Positions 21,908 through 34,267 of a stretch of 49,845 nt of DNA are shown here, one piece after another (position 1 is the first letter of the stretch; each line of letters opens with the position of its first letter). Origin of the DNA: Octopus bimaculoides. Lineage: Eukaryota. The translations under genes and the position numbers were made by a program. Below the pieces are notes generated by a model. That model saw nothing but the letters and a program-made list of their open reading frames with translations. It made no database searches and was not told the origin of the DNA. The stretch spans positions 25,742,211 to 25,792,055 of the forward strand of contig NC_069000.1 in assembly GCF_001194135.2 (NCBI RefSeq). Reading direction: 5' to 3'.

Positions 21908-24244
21908 GCACACGTTCATACAGGGTACACATACATTAATACATGCACATAGATAATCACATCTATACGTATGGAGCCACATCTACATATAGAGACAAAA
22001 TATTTAGGCATACACATATTGATTCATACATACACGAACATATCTACACTTACACTCACGGGTGCGCGCTTCTGTGTACGTGTATTATGGGTCTCAGTCA
22101 TAACGATGGAGCAGTGCACACCATCTGAATATTAAATCCTTCCCTGTTGAATTACATGATATTTAGCCGCACTGCTTCACGTAGGAATATAGTAGCTTTA
22201 GGAAGCATGTACCGGATGTCGAAGTATGAACCTTCTTACGACATTTACTAATTTCAGCTCTGTTTAAACACAGTCGTTTGACAAAAGAGGGAGGTAATCT
22301 GATGTGTACCAAGGTCTTGCGGGAGCGCATGATGTTGGTAGCTTTGTTAGCTCTGTCGCTACGCCTATCGGTTATACATGCGATCTAGTTTCGCTCGTTT
22401 ACAGATTTGGCTCTGATGGACAGGGCTGACTCGTAGAGCACAAACAAGTTTTTACAGGCAGCTTTGTTGTAAAATCATACAATGCTTCACCCCTTCTCTC
22501 TCTCTCCCTCTCCCTCTCTCCCTCCCTCCCTCNNNNNNNNNNNNNNNNNNNNNNNNNNNNNNNNNNNNNNNNNNNNNNNNNNNNNNNNNNNNNNNNNNNN
22601 NNNNNNNNNNNNNNNNNNNNNNNNNNNNNNNNNNNNNNNNNNNNNNNNNNNNNNNNNNNNNNNNNNNNNNNNNNNNNNNNNNNNNNNNNNNNNNNNNNNN
22701 NNNNNNNNNNNNNNNNNNNNNNNNNNNNNNNNNNNNNNNNNNNNNNNNNNNNNNNNNNNNNNNNNNNNNNNNNNNNNNNNNNNNNNNNNNNNNNNNNNNN
22801 NNNNNNNNNNNNNNNNNNNNNNNNNNNNNNNNNNNNNNNNNNNNNNNNNNNNNNNNNNNNNNNNNNNNNNNNNNNNNNNNNNNNNNNNNNNNNNNNNNNN
22901 NNNNNNNNNNNNNNNNNNNNNNNNNNNNNNNNNNNNNNNNNNNNNNNNNNNNNNNNNNNNNNNNNNNNNNNNNNNNNNNNATATCTTTTAAGTTCGTTTA
23001 CAGGAAACATTTTGAATATGCATATAAAAGCTCCTATCCTATTAAACTGGTTGCCACTTAATGATGCCAACTGGTGATACCAGTTTTTTTGGAACGCAAC
23101 GAACTTTGCCGATATAGTGTTGGATAAACATAGTAATATTTTTCATTTCTTTTGACAGAATGGAACCGGTCATTTGATCGTTACTATTATGTTAAACTGT
23201 CGTATGTCCAAATTTTGAGCATAAAAGAAGCTTTTTTTCAGTATTTAAGTTTGCTTGCAATAGCCGGTTCTTCTGCTCAAACTATCTTATCTCCAACTGC
23301 TTCAGATGCCAAGATATGAAAATTGTTTAGTAATTTTCAAAAGTGTAGTGTGTCCCACATACGACAGTTTTGCAAAAATATTTCGGACTGAAAATATCAT
23401 AACTGCATGGCGTTACGATTTTATGCATCGCACAAAGTATTATAGTTAAGTTGAAACTGCTGCTAATGTAAAAAGAAATAGAATGGTGAAACTATTTTTT
23501 CGTTATCTGAAAAAANNNNNNNNNNNNNNNNNNNNNNNNNNNNNNNNNNNNNNNNNNNNNNNNNNNNNNNNNNNNNNNNNNNNNNNNNNNNNNNNNNNNN
23601 NNNNNNNNNNNNNNNNNNNNNNNNNNNNNNNNNNNNNNNNNNNNNNNNNNNNNNNNNNNNNNNNNNNNNNNNNNNNNNNNNNNNNNNNNNNNNNNNNNNN
23701 NNNNNNNNNNNNNNNNNNNNNNNNNNNNNNNNNNNNNNNNNNNNNNNNNNNNNNNNNNNNNNNNNNNNNNNNNNNNNNNNNNNNNNNNNNNNNNNNNNNN
23801 NNNNNNNNNNNNNNNNNNNNNNNNNNNNNNNNNNNNNNNNNNNNNNNNNNNNNNNNNNNNNNNNNNNNNNNNNNNNNNNNNNNNNNNNNNNNNNNNNNNN
23901 NNNNNNNNNNNNNNNNNNNNNNNNNNNNNNNNNNNNNNNNNNNNNNNNNNNNNNNNNNNNNNNNNNNNNNNNNNNNNNNNNNNNNNNNNNNNNNNNNNNN
24001 NNNNNNNNNNNNNNNNNNNNNNNNNNNNNNNNNNNNNNNNNNNNNNNNNNNNNNNNNNNNNNNNNNNNNNNNNNNNNNNNNNNNNNNNNNNNNNNNNNNN
24101 NNNNNNNNNNNNNNNNNNNNNNNNNNNNNNNNNNNNNNNNNNNNNNNNNNNNNNNNNNNNNNNNNNNNNNNNNNNNNNNNNNNNNNNNNNNNNNNNNNNN
24201 NNNNNNNNNNNNNNNNNNNNNNNNNNNNNNNNNNNNNNNNNNNN

Positions 24245-24590
24245 TAGGATCGCGGTTTCGATTCCCAGACCAGGCGTTGTGAGTGTTTATCGAGCGAAAA
24301 CACCTAAAGCTCCACGAGGCTCCGACAGAGGATGGTGGCGAACCCTGCTGTACTCTTTCACCACAACTTTCTCTCACTCTTACTTCCTGTTTCTGTTGTG
24401 CCTGTAATTCAAAAGGTCAGCCTTGTCACACTGTGTCACGCTGAATATCCCCGAGAACTACGTTAAAGGTACACGTGTCTGTGGAGTGCTCAGCCACTTG
24501 CACGTTAATTTCACGAGTAAGCTGTTCCGTTGCTCGGATCAACTGGAATCCTCGACGTCGTAAGCGACGGAGCGCCAACAACAACAATGC
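24245..24590 (+). mobile_element. tRNA-derived SINE sharing its 3' half with 10200-10535
   Basis: B box ggtttcgattccc, a different middle region, the shared tail gtcacgctgaat...cgtaagcgacggagcgcc, and an (AAC)n end. Confidence 0.8.
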
Positions 24591-25104
24591 AGATGTCAGT
24601 ATGGGTAGTATGAATCTTTTGTTTGATCTTATTCACAGCAGGCCTCTCAATGAATTCAGTAGTCGGGTCAGCAGGTTCAGCCACTGCAGCCATCCAGTTG
24701 TTGGAGTTCATGGTCTTAGTTTAGAAATGATACTTTCTTAAAATGACCTTTTAATTACTTTTGGTGGTAAAATGGTATAGCATATAACATTCGAAAATAT
24801 TGGTTATCTTGTTTAGTTGTTTATGTTCTACCTTTGTTCTGTTATACGCTAAAGGCGGTTAGTGTTTTTCTGTTTCAAAATGTTTCTTTTTCGAATTCTA
24901 GGAATGATGCCTTGCGTTTATGCTTAAATTATATAATAACTTCGAAGTGGCTATTAATTATGTTTTCTCTGGCTGTGATGAGCTCACGGGTTTCCTCTAG
25001 GTTGCACACCTGCGATGTTCTATTGAATGGTGCAGCATTTTTTATAATAGACCTGTGGATCGTTCTATTCTGTTTGAGTCTGAGGTTAGCTAGTAATTCA
25101 CTGA

Positions 25105-25420
25105 TCCTTTCTTTGATTGACCTCAAAAGGTTGAAAAACAAAGTCAACCTCGGTAGAATTTGAACTCAGAACATAAAGGCAGACGAAATGCTGCTAAGCA
25201 GTTTGTTCGGCGTGCTAACGATCCTGCCAGCTGGCGGCCTTTCTATTATAGATACAAGGCCTAAAATTTCGTGGAGAGGGGATAGTCGATTACATCGACT
25301 CCAGTACTGAAGTGGTACTTATTTTATCGACCCCGAAAGGATGAAAAGTAAAGTCGACCTTGGCGGAATTTGAACTCAGAATATAAAGACAGGCGAAATT
25401 CAGCTAATCATTTTTTTCTG
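25105..25420 (-). mobile_element. Two tandem SINE family A copies
   Basis: aaagtc(a/g)acct..g.gaatttgaactcagaa occurs at ~25140-25170 and again at ~25350-25385. Confidence 0.75.
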
Positions 25421-27619
25421 CCAGCTAGTTGTGTTAATAATAAAATAAACATTTTTTGGTTTCAGAAATTTTTCAATTATTACAGGATGCAGAGGTGTTC
25501 TACTTATCTGTGAACAAAATGTAATGAGCCATAAACAGAAAATGTATGCAATGTGATGGCGTATGCGTTAAAATTTAACTTTAGCGTTTTCATATCTCTC
25601 TTAGACATGGTGACAACATCAAAATAGTAGATTCTATTTTGTCAAAGAAATAAAAAGGCAAAGTACTGTGGCTCAGAGATCACCATCTTTTGGAACCTGA
25701 CTAAGTCCTTCCAGAAAGAGCTGAAATGTTTTGGCGTGGAGACCTTACTCATGGCCAACAAAAAGAAATATTCTCAGCGGCCAGTCGTCGTTACATTGGT
25801 CAAGTTTATTCAGCTGGTCCAATACATTATAATGACAACAATTCCAACGAGTAGATAATCGCAGGAGAGCGAAAATCCACAGGATTGGCCAAAGACTTCA
25901 CGGTTCCAAGGACTTGACGCAAGTTACCGTTAAACGCGCTGCGGTCTACTTGAGAGATAACCATCTAGTCCTGATACACAGACGCTTCTGTGATCACATC
26001 GGATAGCCATTAGACAAAGGACATTACTATCGCTTGGCATGCTTCTTCGATGTATGTAGTTGAAAGTATGTTGTAGTTATTGAAGTATATTATTTTTGGC
26101 TTTTTCGCCCTATTTATTTCAAATGTATCAAATAGAGCGGTGATTGGGATCTACTAGCTAACATTAGGAAAATAGTTTTTATGCAACACGAATTTTCATT
26201 GTTATTTGGACTATATCTTATCAGGCATGTCGATATTTATCGCAAGTTTATGAAATTAATGTCGGTCTGGTTAATAGACACAATATACATATATAACAAA
26301 TATTCTTCTCGTTTAAATAGTTTGTCGCAGTAATCAAAAGCTCTCATAGTCTAATGAATTATCTCTATTCTGAATTTACAAATATTCATTTGCACCATGA
26401 ATATTTACAGGCTTAAATTAAATTCTCTCTCACTGTCTCTCCCCACCTCTCCCCCTCTCTCTCTTTCTCTCACTTACTCACACACACTCGCGCCTATCAA
26501 TCCATGTGGCGTAAGTAGATCTCAGTCGGTTTCACCGGTGACTGTTCAGTTGTTCTACCAACTGAATTGCCTACTCATTTAGTTAATGTGGAAGTAGCTG
26601 AGTCTTCTATAGGTACGTTTAGCTTTAATGTATTTCTCTGTCACAACCAACGCGACACAGTTTGACAAGGCTGGTTCTTGGTTCTTATTTAATTGCGACA
26701 AATTTTTGGTCCAGATTTTTTAACAAGATGGACCATGCGTGATAAAGGAAGTGTCCATTTTAATATTTTGTAACTAAATATTACTTTACCGCACATCTGA
26801 CACAGTCGAAATCACCTAACGTCTGGGAAACTATTTCCATCGGAGTATTCTTGAAGATGTCGGAAGTTGAGACGTTTGTGAAATATCATTTTAGTGTTCT
26901 CCCATTCAATTGTCTGTCGATTATACAATGAAGCTTGCGGTGTTCTGAATGTGAATACTAGATCTTGTGTCTTTGTTCTTATTACAAGCCGATGAAGGAG
27001 ATTTCATGTGGTCATTGACCCTGCTATAAATAAAAACCAAATCACCATTGAATTAAAAAAAAAAAACCTTCGTCTTTGCTAAAAGAAAAACACATTAGAA
27101 GATGTAGCACTACAAATCCGGATATAACATCTAAAACGAAGGTATCGCCACAACTCGATAACAGTTGAGCAGGGGAGGGAGGCTAAAAAGCAATACATCA
27201 CCGCAATAATCGCTATGTGGTGATGAAGTTCCATTTAAAGCTAGCTATTTTCATGCTTCATCTCACTGCGCGTCACGTTAGACAGATGTTTTTTTATCAA
27301 AATCTCAGAGAAAGCAAAGTATTGCGAGTAACACTGTGTGGAATATGCGTTGGAACAACGGTTTCTTCTTTTATGTCGTTGTTAGGCTTAATTCATCACT
27401 TGGTTTAACACCCACATTATCTACCTCTTGGAAGCCTTTAGAGGAATTCGCTCTACTTACAAGGGATAGGTCCCTTGTACTAACCTCTTTGCTCAAACCA
27501 ATCACTGGGGCTCCAAATTACTTTATGTGCAGTGTCCTTCTTCCTCTGAAATACCATTTATTAAAAAGAAAACTAATTGGCTATGCCAGTAAGCTGAAAG
27601 ATTTTGTCCTCCTGGATTT

Positions 27620-27817
27620 GTTGCAACCTTCGGGTGAGGCGGGAGGTGTAAGTCGACTACTTCGACACCAGTGCTATACTGGTACTTATTTTACCGACCC
27701 CGAAAGAACAAAAGGCAAGTCGACTTCGACAGATTTTGAACTCAGGACGTAGAAACGGACTAAATACCACTAAGCTTTTTTCCCCGGCGTACTAACAATT
27801 CTACCAGCTCACCGACT
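27620..27817 (-). mobile_element. SINE family A copy
   Basis: aagtcgactacttcgacaccag..ttaccgaccccgaaag..aagtcgacttcg..tttgaactcagg. Confidence 0.75.
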
Positions 27818-27822
27818 TAATG

Positions 27823-27860
<38 letters not shown>

Positions 27861-27861
27861 C

Positions 27862-27897
<36 letters not shown>

Positions 27898-27899
27898 GA

Positions 27900-28913
27900 A
27901 GAAGAAGAAGAAGAAGAGGAAACAACAAAAGCTATAAAACAAATGAAATCCAAACTAAAGCTAGAACAGCAACGGACCATGATAAAACGATGGCAAGAAA
28001 AGTCCCTACATGGTAAATACTGGGCTAGACTAAATGCGAAAGAAATAGACAGAGAAAAATCTCAGCAATGGCTGAGAAGCTCAGGACTGAAGGATTTTTA
28101 ATTGCTGCACAAGACCAGAGCCTCCCTACCAGAAATNNNNNNNNNNNNNNNNNNNNNNNNNNNNNNNNNNNNNNNNNNNNNNNNNNNNNNNNNNNNNNNN
28201 NNNNNNNNNNNNNNNNNNNNNNNNNNNNNNNNNNNNNNNNNNNNNNNNNNNNNNNNNNNNNNNNNNNNNNNNNNNNNNNNNNNNNNNNNNNNNNNNNNNN
28301 NNNNNNNNNNNNNNNNNNNNNNNNNNNNNNNNNNNNNNNNNNNNNNNNNNNNNNNNNNNNNNNNNNNNNNNNNNNNNNNNNNNNNNNNNNNNNNNNNNNN
28401 NNNNNNNNNNNNNNNNNNNNNNNNNNNNNNNNNNNNNNNNNNNNNNNNNNNNNNNNNNNNNNNNNNNNNNNNNNNNNNNNNNNNNNNNNNNNNNNNNNNN
28501 NNNNNNNNNNNNNNNNNNNNNNNNNNNNNNNNNNNNNNNNNNNNNNNNNNNNNNNNNNNNNNNNNNNNNNNNNNNNNNNNNNNNNNNNNNNNNNNNNNNN
28601 NNNNNNNNNNNNNNNNNNNNNNNNNNNNNNNNNNNNNNNNNNNNNNNNNNNNNNNNNNNNNNNNNNNNNNNNNNNNNNNNNNNNNNNNNNNNNNNNNNNN
28701 NNNNNNNNNNNNNNNNNNNNNNNNNNNNNNNNNNNNNNNNNNNNNNNNNNNNNNNNNNNNNNNNNNNNNNNNNNNNNNNNNNNNNNNNNNNNNNNNNNNN
28801 NNNNNNNNNNNNNNNNNNNNNNNNNNNNNNNNNNNNNCAGCACATACCCAAGGCGCACAGAGCTGCGCTCGGTAGTGAAGTGAAAGCACGTTATAAAAAT
28901 AAAACTACTGAAC

Positions 28914-28915
<2 letters not shown>
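27900..28915 (+). mobile_element. 5'-truncated R4/Dong-type LINE 3' portion spanning an N-gap, flanked by (AAT)n on both sides
   Basis: RWQEKSLHGKYW..IDREKSQQWLRSSGLK..EGFLIAAQDQSLPTRN before the gap. After the gap, cagcacatacccaagg..aaataaaactactg runs into (AAT)n and is taken as the 3' end. Confidence 0.8.
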
Positions 28916-28959
<44 letters not shown>

Positions 28960-28994
28960 GTTTCAAATTTTGGCACAAGGCCAACCTTCGATTG

Positions 28995-29320
28995 CTCCAA
29001 AATGATCAGAGTCCAGTGAAAGCCAGCTTTATTTCCAACTCTCCCTATGGTGTATCTCATAAGGTGTGTGTCGTCCATAGATTTTGCATGTCAACTCTTG
29101 CCTGACAAGGCCGCAGATGACAAAGGCCAACATTTTCACTAACGATTTGGCCCAAATTTTAAATTCTGCATTCAACAGAAGTTTAGGTAGAAAATCATCT
29201 ACGATATCTCCCTTGTCAGCGTTCTTTTTCAATAGGTGTTACCCATGTACCAGTCAACAATACCGGGAACTATCACCTGTTTCCAGTTGTGGTAGACATC
29301 TGCTAAGAGGTTGCTAATCA
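28995..29320 (-). pseudogene. Tx1/L1 RT fragment
   Basis: LKKNADKGDIVDDFLPKLLLNAEFKIWAKSL...LVRQELTCKIYGR resembles 'NFRPITLLNADYKILAK..EQTC.I.GR'. Confidence 0.7.
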
Positions 29321-29679
29321 AGTGTAGACTATATAATCGTAAAGCTCACTGCACAAACCGTTCAAAATAGATGATTTGTGCGTCATGCAACTTATCACTT
29401 CTTCCTGTATTTCTAGCAATGGGTTGTTAGAAAATCGTATACATCTGTGCAGAATCGCGTAGCATGCACCCAACCAGGTCAGTTAAAGACTGGATTGCGG
29501 TTTTGTTTCCAAATCATGCCTTTGCCTGTCGGGCCAATCTGACAAGTTTTAAAAAAATTCTTTGCGATTTAGCACACGAGCCCCGGCGCTAACAATGAAG
29601 CTCTTGTGTCTTGCGTTGCAGAAATGGTAGAGGAACATTCTAGGCGCCTCGCACGTCGGTCACGATACCACTTAGTAAT

Positions 29680-29893
29680 CCTTTCTACTAGAAACACAAG
29701 GACTCAAATTTTGTGGAAGGGAATAAGTCGATTACATCGACCCCAGTATGCAACTGGTACTTAATTTATTGACCCCGAAAGGATGAAAGGCAAAGACGAC
29801 CTCGGGGAAATTTGAACTCAGAACGTACCGACGGGCGAAATACCGCGAAGCAGTTTGATTAACGCGCTAACGATTCTGCCTGCACGCCACCTT
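29680..29893 (-). mobile_element. SINE family A, full length, with 16-bp TSD
   Basis: Flanked by gatacc(a/t)cttagtaat at 29664-29679 and 29894-29909. Confidence 0.85.
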
Positions 29894-30169
29894 GATACCT
29901 CTTAGTAATAGATGCTAACTAACATCCACAGACAATTACTTTTTATCAATAGTAATTTAGTAAACGCTATCGATTCTTATTTAATAGTGTAAATCTTAGA
30001 AAGCAAGATTCTAATCCCGGTGTGTGGCGCGTGCAGAACATTTTTACTTTCNNNNNNNNNNNNNNNNNNNNNNNNNNNNNNNNNNNNNNNNNNNNNNNNN
30101 NNNNNNNNNNNNNNNNNNNNNNNNNNNNNNNNNNNNNNNNNNNCTCGATATGAAGTAAAGATAGATAGA

Positions 30170-31648
30170 CAGTGGCTGGACAAAATAATGGAAGTACCTT
30201 AAAATTTCAGACAAATTTATTTTAATATTGAGTCGGGCCGCCTTTGGCAGTAGTTACAGCTTGAATTCTACGAGGTATGGACTCGTACAAAGTTTGAATT
30301 GTTTCCAAAGGAATTTTTGTCCATTCTTCAGCTAAAACAGTCTCCAGTTCTTGTAGTGATGATGGTGGAGGATATCGACTTCTTACTAGTTTTTCTAAAA
30401 TGCACCATAAATGTTCAATAATATTGAGATCTAGGGACTGTGGTGGCAAGATAAGATGTTCAACTTTACTAGATTGTTCCTTGTGCCATTCAGTAACAAC
30501 TTAAGCTGTGTGAATTGGTGCATTATCATCCTGAAAGATTGCATTTCCCTCTGGAATCAGTTCCGCAACCATAGGATGAATTTGATCAGATAAAATGGTT
30601 AAATAGTCTTGACTATTAATTCTGCCATGAAGGGAAACCATTGGGGCGGCGGATTTCCAAAATATAGCCTCCCCCACCCGATCATCACAAGTCCTCCTCC
30701 ATGTTTAACAGTTGAAAGAAGGCAGTCTGGCTGTCTCCACACGTATACTCGGCCGGTGTTCGGAAATAAGGTAAAGATGATTCGTCCGAGAAAATAACAA
30801 TCTTCCACTGCTTTTGGGACGAATTCTGTAGGTTTTTACTCCATCCTAAATGCTTTGCAACGTTTGTTTTTGAAAGTAGTTTTTTTCTGATTGCAGCCCT
30901 CCCGTCAAATCCAGCTTTATGCAGCTCCCGGTGAACAGTTTTTGTGCAAACTGGGTTCTTGAGGCGGTCATTAAGCTCTGCAGTAATTTTGGAGGCTGTA
31001 CTTTTGTGATCCTTTCTAACCGTGCTACAGCAAAATAACAGCAATAATAGTTTCAAGCAAAGTTAGTGAGCTGGTCGATTATATCAACCCCGGTACTTCA
31101 CTCGTACTTTAATTTATCAGCCCCGGAAGGATGAACGAAACTGGGTATTATCGAATGATCTAGCTGGACTCGGGATTTGAACTCCCTAAGTTTAGAGTCG
31201 AAACGAAATAACGAAATACAATTTTGTACTTTTTTCACTACTTTATTAACTTGGCACCCACAGAAATAAATGAAGGTCCCTATCTGAAAGTTTGGGCTTT
31301 TCCGGAGTTTTGTTTCGACGAGGAGGGTTTTCCCTCTTTCTCAAAGGCTGTCATTACTTTCGAGACAATACTTCTTGATTTCGGCTGTTTTCGTTAAGCT
31401 AGCGCCTGCCATACGAGCACCAACAGTTTGACCACTTTGAAAGTCCGATAGATCTGTCATTTTAATGAATTTTAATTTCCTTTTTCTGATGACATCTGAA
31501 AAGAAACAGCAATTTTAGCAAAACATATTAAGCAACCCTAATAATAAATCAAAAAACATAAAAATAAACAAGCTTTTGATGGTTTTATAGATATTTCAAA
31601 ATTGTGATGCTATGATGCTAAGTGTTTCCATTATTTTGTCCAAACTTG
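30170..31648 (-). mobile_element. Tc1-family DNA transposon (DD36E spacing), interrupted by a templated insertion
   Basis: Inverted ends share ggacaaaataatggaa (~30178-30193 and 31625-31641), with TA after 31648. Transposase motifs MTDLSDFQSGQTVGARMAGAS, VIFSDESS, TVKHGGG, FQDDNAPIH, PPQSLDLNIIEHLW and KGGPTQY*. Confidence 0.9.
31020..31277 (+). repeat. Insertion inside the Tc1 ORF, duplicate of flank 31764-31997
   Basis: Near-identical from cgtgctacagcaaaataa to cacagaaataaatgaa. It includes a SINE family A fragment. Confidence 0.9.
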
Positions 31649-31721
31649 TATATGAATATATTAACCGTGGTCTAGGATGCTTCTCAACGGTAGCATAAAT
31701 TAAACGTTACAATATGAATAC

Positions 31722-31749
31722 CTATTTCTTTACTGCCCACAAGGGGCTA
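31722..31749 (-). mobile_element. 28-nt extreme 3' end of a Tx1/L1 tail with 14-bp TSD
   Basis: tacaatatgaatac (31708-31721 and 31750-31763) flanks ctatttctttactgcccacaaggggcta. Its reverse complement ends taaagaaat, like the tails at 6993-7003 and 48563-48590. Confidence 0.7.
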
Positions 31750-33457
31750 TACAATATGAATACCGTGCTACAGCAAAATAATAGCAATAATAGTTTCAAG
31801 CAAAGTGAGTGAGCTGGTCGATTATATCAACCCCAGTACTTCACTCATACTTTAATTTATCGGCCCCGGAAGGATGAATGATCTAGCTGGCCTCGGGATT
31901 TGAACTCCTTAAGTTTAGAGTCGAAACGAAATAACGAAATACAATTTTGTACTTTTTTCACTACTTTATTAACTTGGCACCCACAGAAATAAATGAAAAG
32001 TTAGAAAAGCAAGGTGTAATGAAAATAAGCCTCTCTTTAACATGATAGTCAGAAAATATTCTGTTAAACATGTGGAATTCTTGACACTCGCATACCTCGT
32101 GTCTTTCAAATGCCTAACTTGGTCTCACCCTCTACCTTTCCTTCTTCTATCGAAATATGTGATGTCTGCTGATACTGGGATCTAGTTAGTGACGTAAAAG
32201 AGTAGGACTAGTAAATGTGTGTATACTTGATGTCTATTACTGTACAATTTGAACAACGAAACCGCTGTGGCATCATTCACTTTGTGTTGAAAACGAACCG
32301 TCAAGACCTAACAATCACATGTTTTATATTAAAATTAAAGCACTGTTACTCAAGATGTAACGTCTGAACGTTTATGTATGTGAACATGTTTATTCCTATA
32401 TGTGTATATGTTTAAGTATGTGTGTGTATGAGTGTGTGTATATGTTGTGTGTGTGTGATTGTGCGTGTGTGTGTGTATGCTAGTTGGTTGAGGTGATGAG
32501 GCTACTCCGCTTTGAGTTGCTGGTTCCCTTGATCTCTGATTCAAGGATGCACACATACATACATACATACATACAAATTAATGTACACGCAATATACATA
32601 CATGTATGTATATTAATTCTTTCTGTGAAACATGCTCGGAGGTGAGTGATATACTTGCCAAAATAATTGAGCTAATGTTCTCATTTCTCATGGTGTAATG
32701 TTCTTATTACACCAGTATTTTTAATTGGATTTTCTCTCCCTCTTTTCCTTTTTCTGTGTTTCTTTCTATCTCTCTTTCTTTCTCTCTCTCCCTATATATA
32801 TATATATATANNNNNNNNNNNNNNNNNNNNNNNNNNNNNNNNNNNNNNNNNNNNNNNNNNNNNNNNNNNNNNNNNNNNNNNNNNNNNNNNNNNNNNNNNN
32901 NNNNNNNNNNNNNNNNNNNNNNNNNNNNNNNNNNNNNNNNNNNNNNNNNNNNNNNNNNNNNNNNNNNNNNNNNNNNNNNNNNNNNNNNNNNNNNNNNNNN
33001 NNNNNNNNNNNNNNNNNNNNNNNNNNNNNNNNNNNNNNNNNNNNNNNNNNNNNNNNNNNNNNNNNNNNNNNNNNNNNNNNNNNNNNNNNNNNNNNNNNNN
33101 NNNNNNNNNNNNNNNNNNNNNNNNNNNNNNNNNNNNNNNNNNNNNNNNNNNNNNNNNNNNNNNNNNNNNNNNNNNNNNNNNNNNNNNNNNNNNNNNNNNN
33201 NNNNNNNNNNNNNNNNNNNNNNNNNNNNNNNNNNNNNNNNNNNNNNNNNNNNNNNNNNNNNNNNNNNNNNNNNNNNNNNNNNNNNNNNNNNNNNNNNNNN
33301 NNNCTTATGGATAGAAGAACGTAAAACTACGCTTTCGCAAACAAAAGGCTGCTTCTCAACGTGTTCCCTAAGATCAAAGTATTATTAACTATTCGGAAAA
33401 CTGATCACAATATATATATATATATATAAAACAAAGAATTGTCACAATATATATATA

Positions 33458-33624
33458 AAACAAAGAATTGTCAGCGATTGGCAGTTTCTGTTGGTAGCAG
33501 TTCACTGTGGGCCTTTGATATAGAGCAGTGAGTCTCGTGTAATAGTAATAGTAGTGCGTCGTGCATATACTTTTTCCCCTCCCCCTGCTTCGTTATATTA
33601 TATATCCAATACAAGGATATAAAA
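33458..33624 (+). repeat. 5' LTR (3' part)
   Basis: Aligns with 37859-38008 and is followed by the PBS-like tggcgac. Confidence 0.8.
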
Positions 33625-33909
33625 GTGGCGACGTGTTGTTCGAAGCTTGCGTTGGAGTTTAAAAATCAACGAAAAGATCGTTTTAACAGGCAGGACTTAT
33701 TGGCCTCAATGGTACAGATGCAACAGCTGCAACAACAACAACAGTTACAACAGCAACTACAGTAGCAGCAGCAGCTACAAAACCAACAATTGCTGGAATT
33801 AATGTTGAAAAGTCTGAAGATACTTCAGGTTCGTACTCGTTTAGACAGCGTAGCAAACTCATTTGAAGGGATTACCTTCTCGGCATATTTTCGTAGATAC
33901 GAAGAAATC

Positions 33910-34267
33910 GGATCTGTTTTAAAACGGGGGCCACATTTTTCATTAATATTTTACGTAGTGTTTTTGGTACCGAAAGACTTTCAAACTTCGTATACTTATC
34001 TATTTTGTGTTATAGAACAGAAAAATATTTTTGTATTCGAATTTATTTCATGTAAAAAATTGTCTTATTTCGATAATTTCAACCAATCANNNNNNNNNNG
34101 TTGAAGTTACAGAAATACGACAACTTTAACATGGAATAATTTATGGATTTCTTTTTTTTAAAGAAGACTAAGAGAAAAAGATGTTTTATATGACACATTC
34201 TACCAGTGTTCCAAGTTTCAAAGTGTTTCGTTAATGAAAAATGTGGCCCCCGTTTTAAAAAAGATCC
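33910..34267. mobile_element. MITE with 37-bp TIRs and 8-bp TSD, inserted in Gypsy gag
   Basis: TIR ggatctgttttaaaacgggggccacatttttcattaa and its inverse (one mismatch). TSD aagaaatc at 33902-33909 and 34268-34275. Removing it restores the gag frame FRRYEEIFK*QWKSWSDEKNVRLLLRKL. Confidence 0.9.

Noticed and set aside
22302-22388. Short ORF MCTKVLRERMMLVALLALSLRLSVIHAI resembling a signal peptide
   Set aside because: Only 28 codons, no convincing splice donor or downstream exon; expected by chance.
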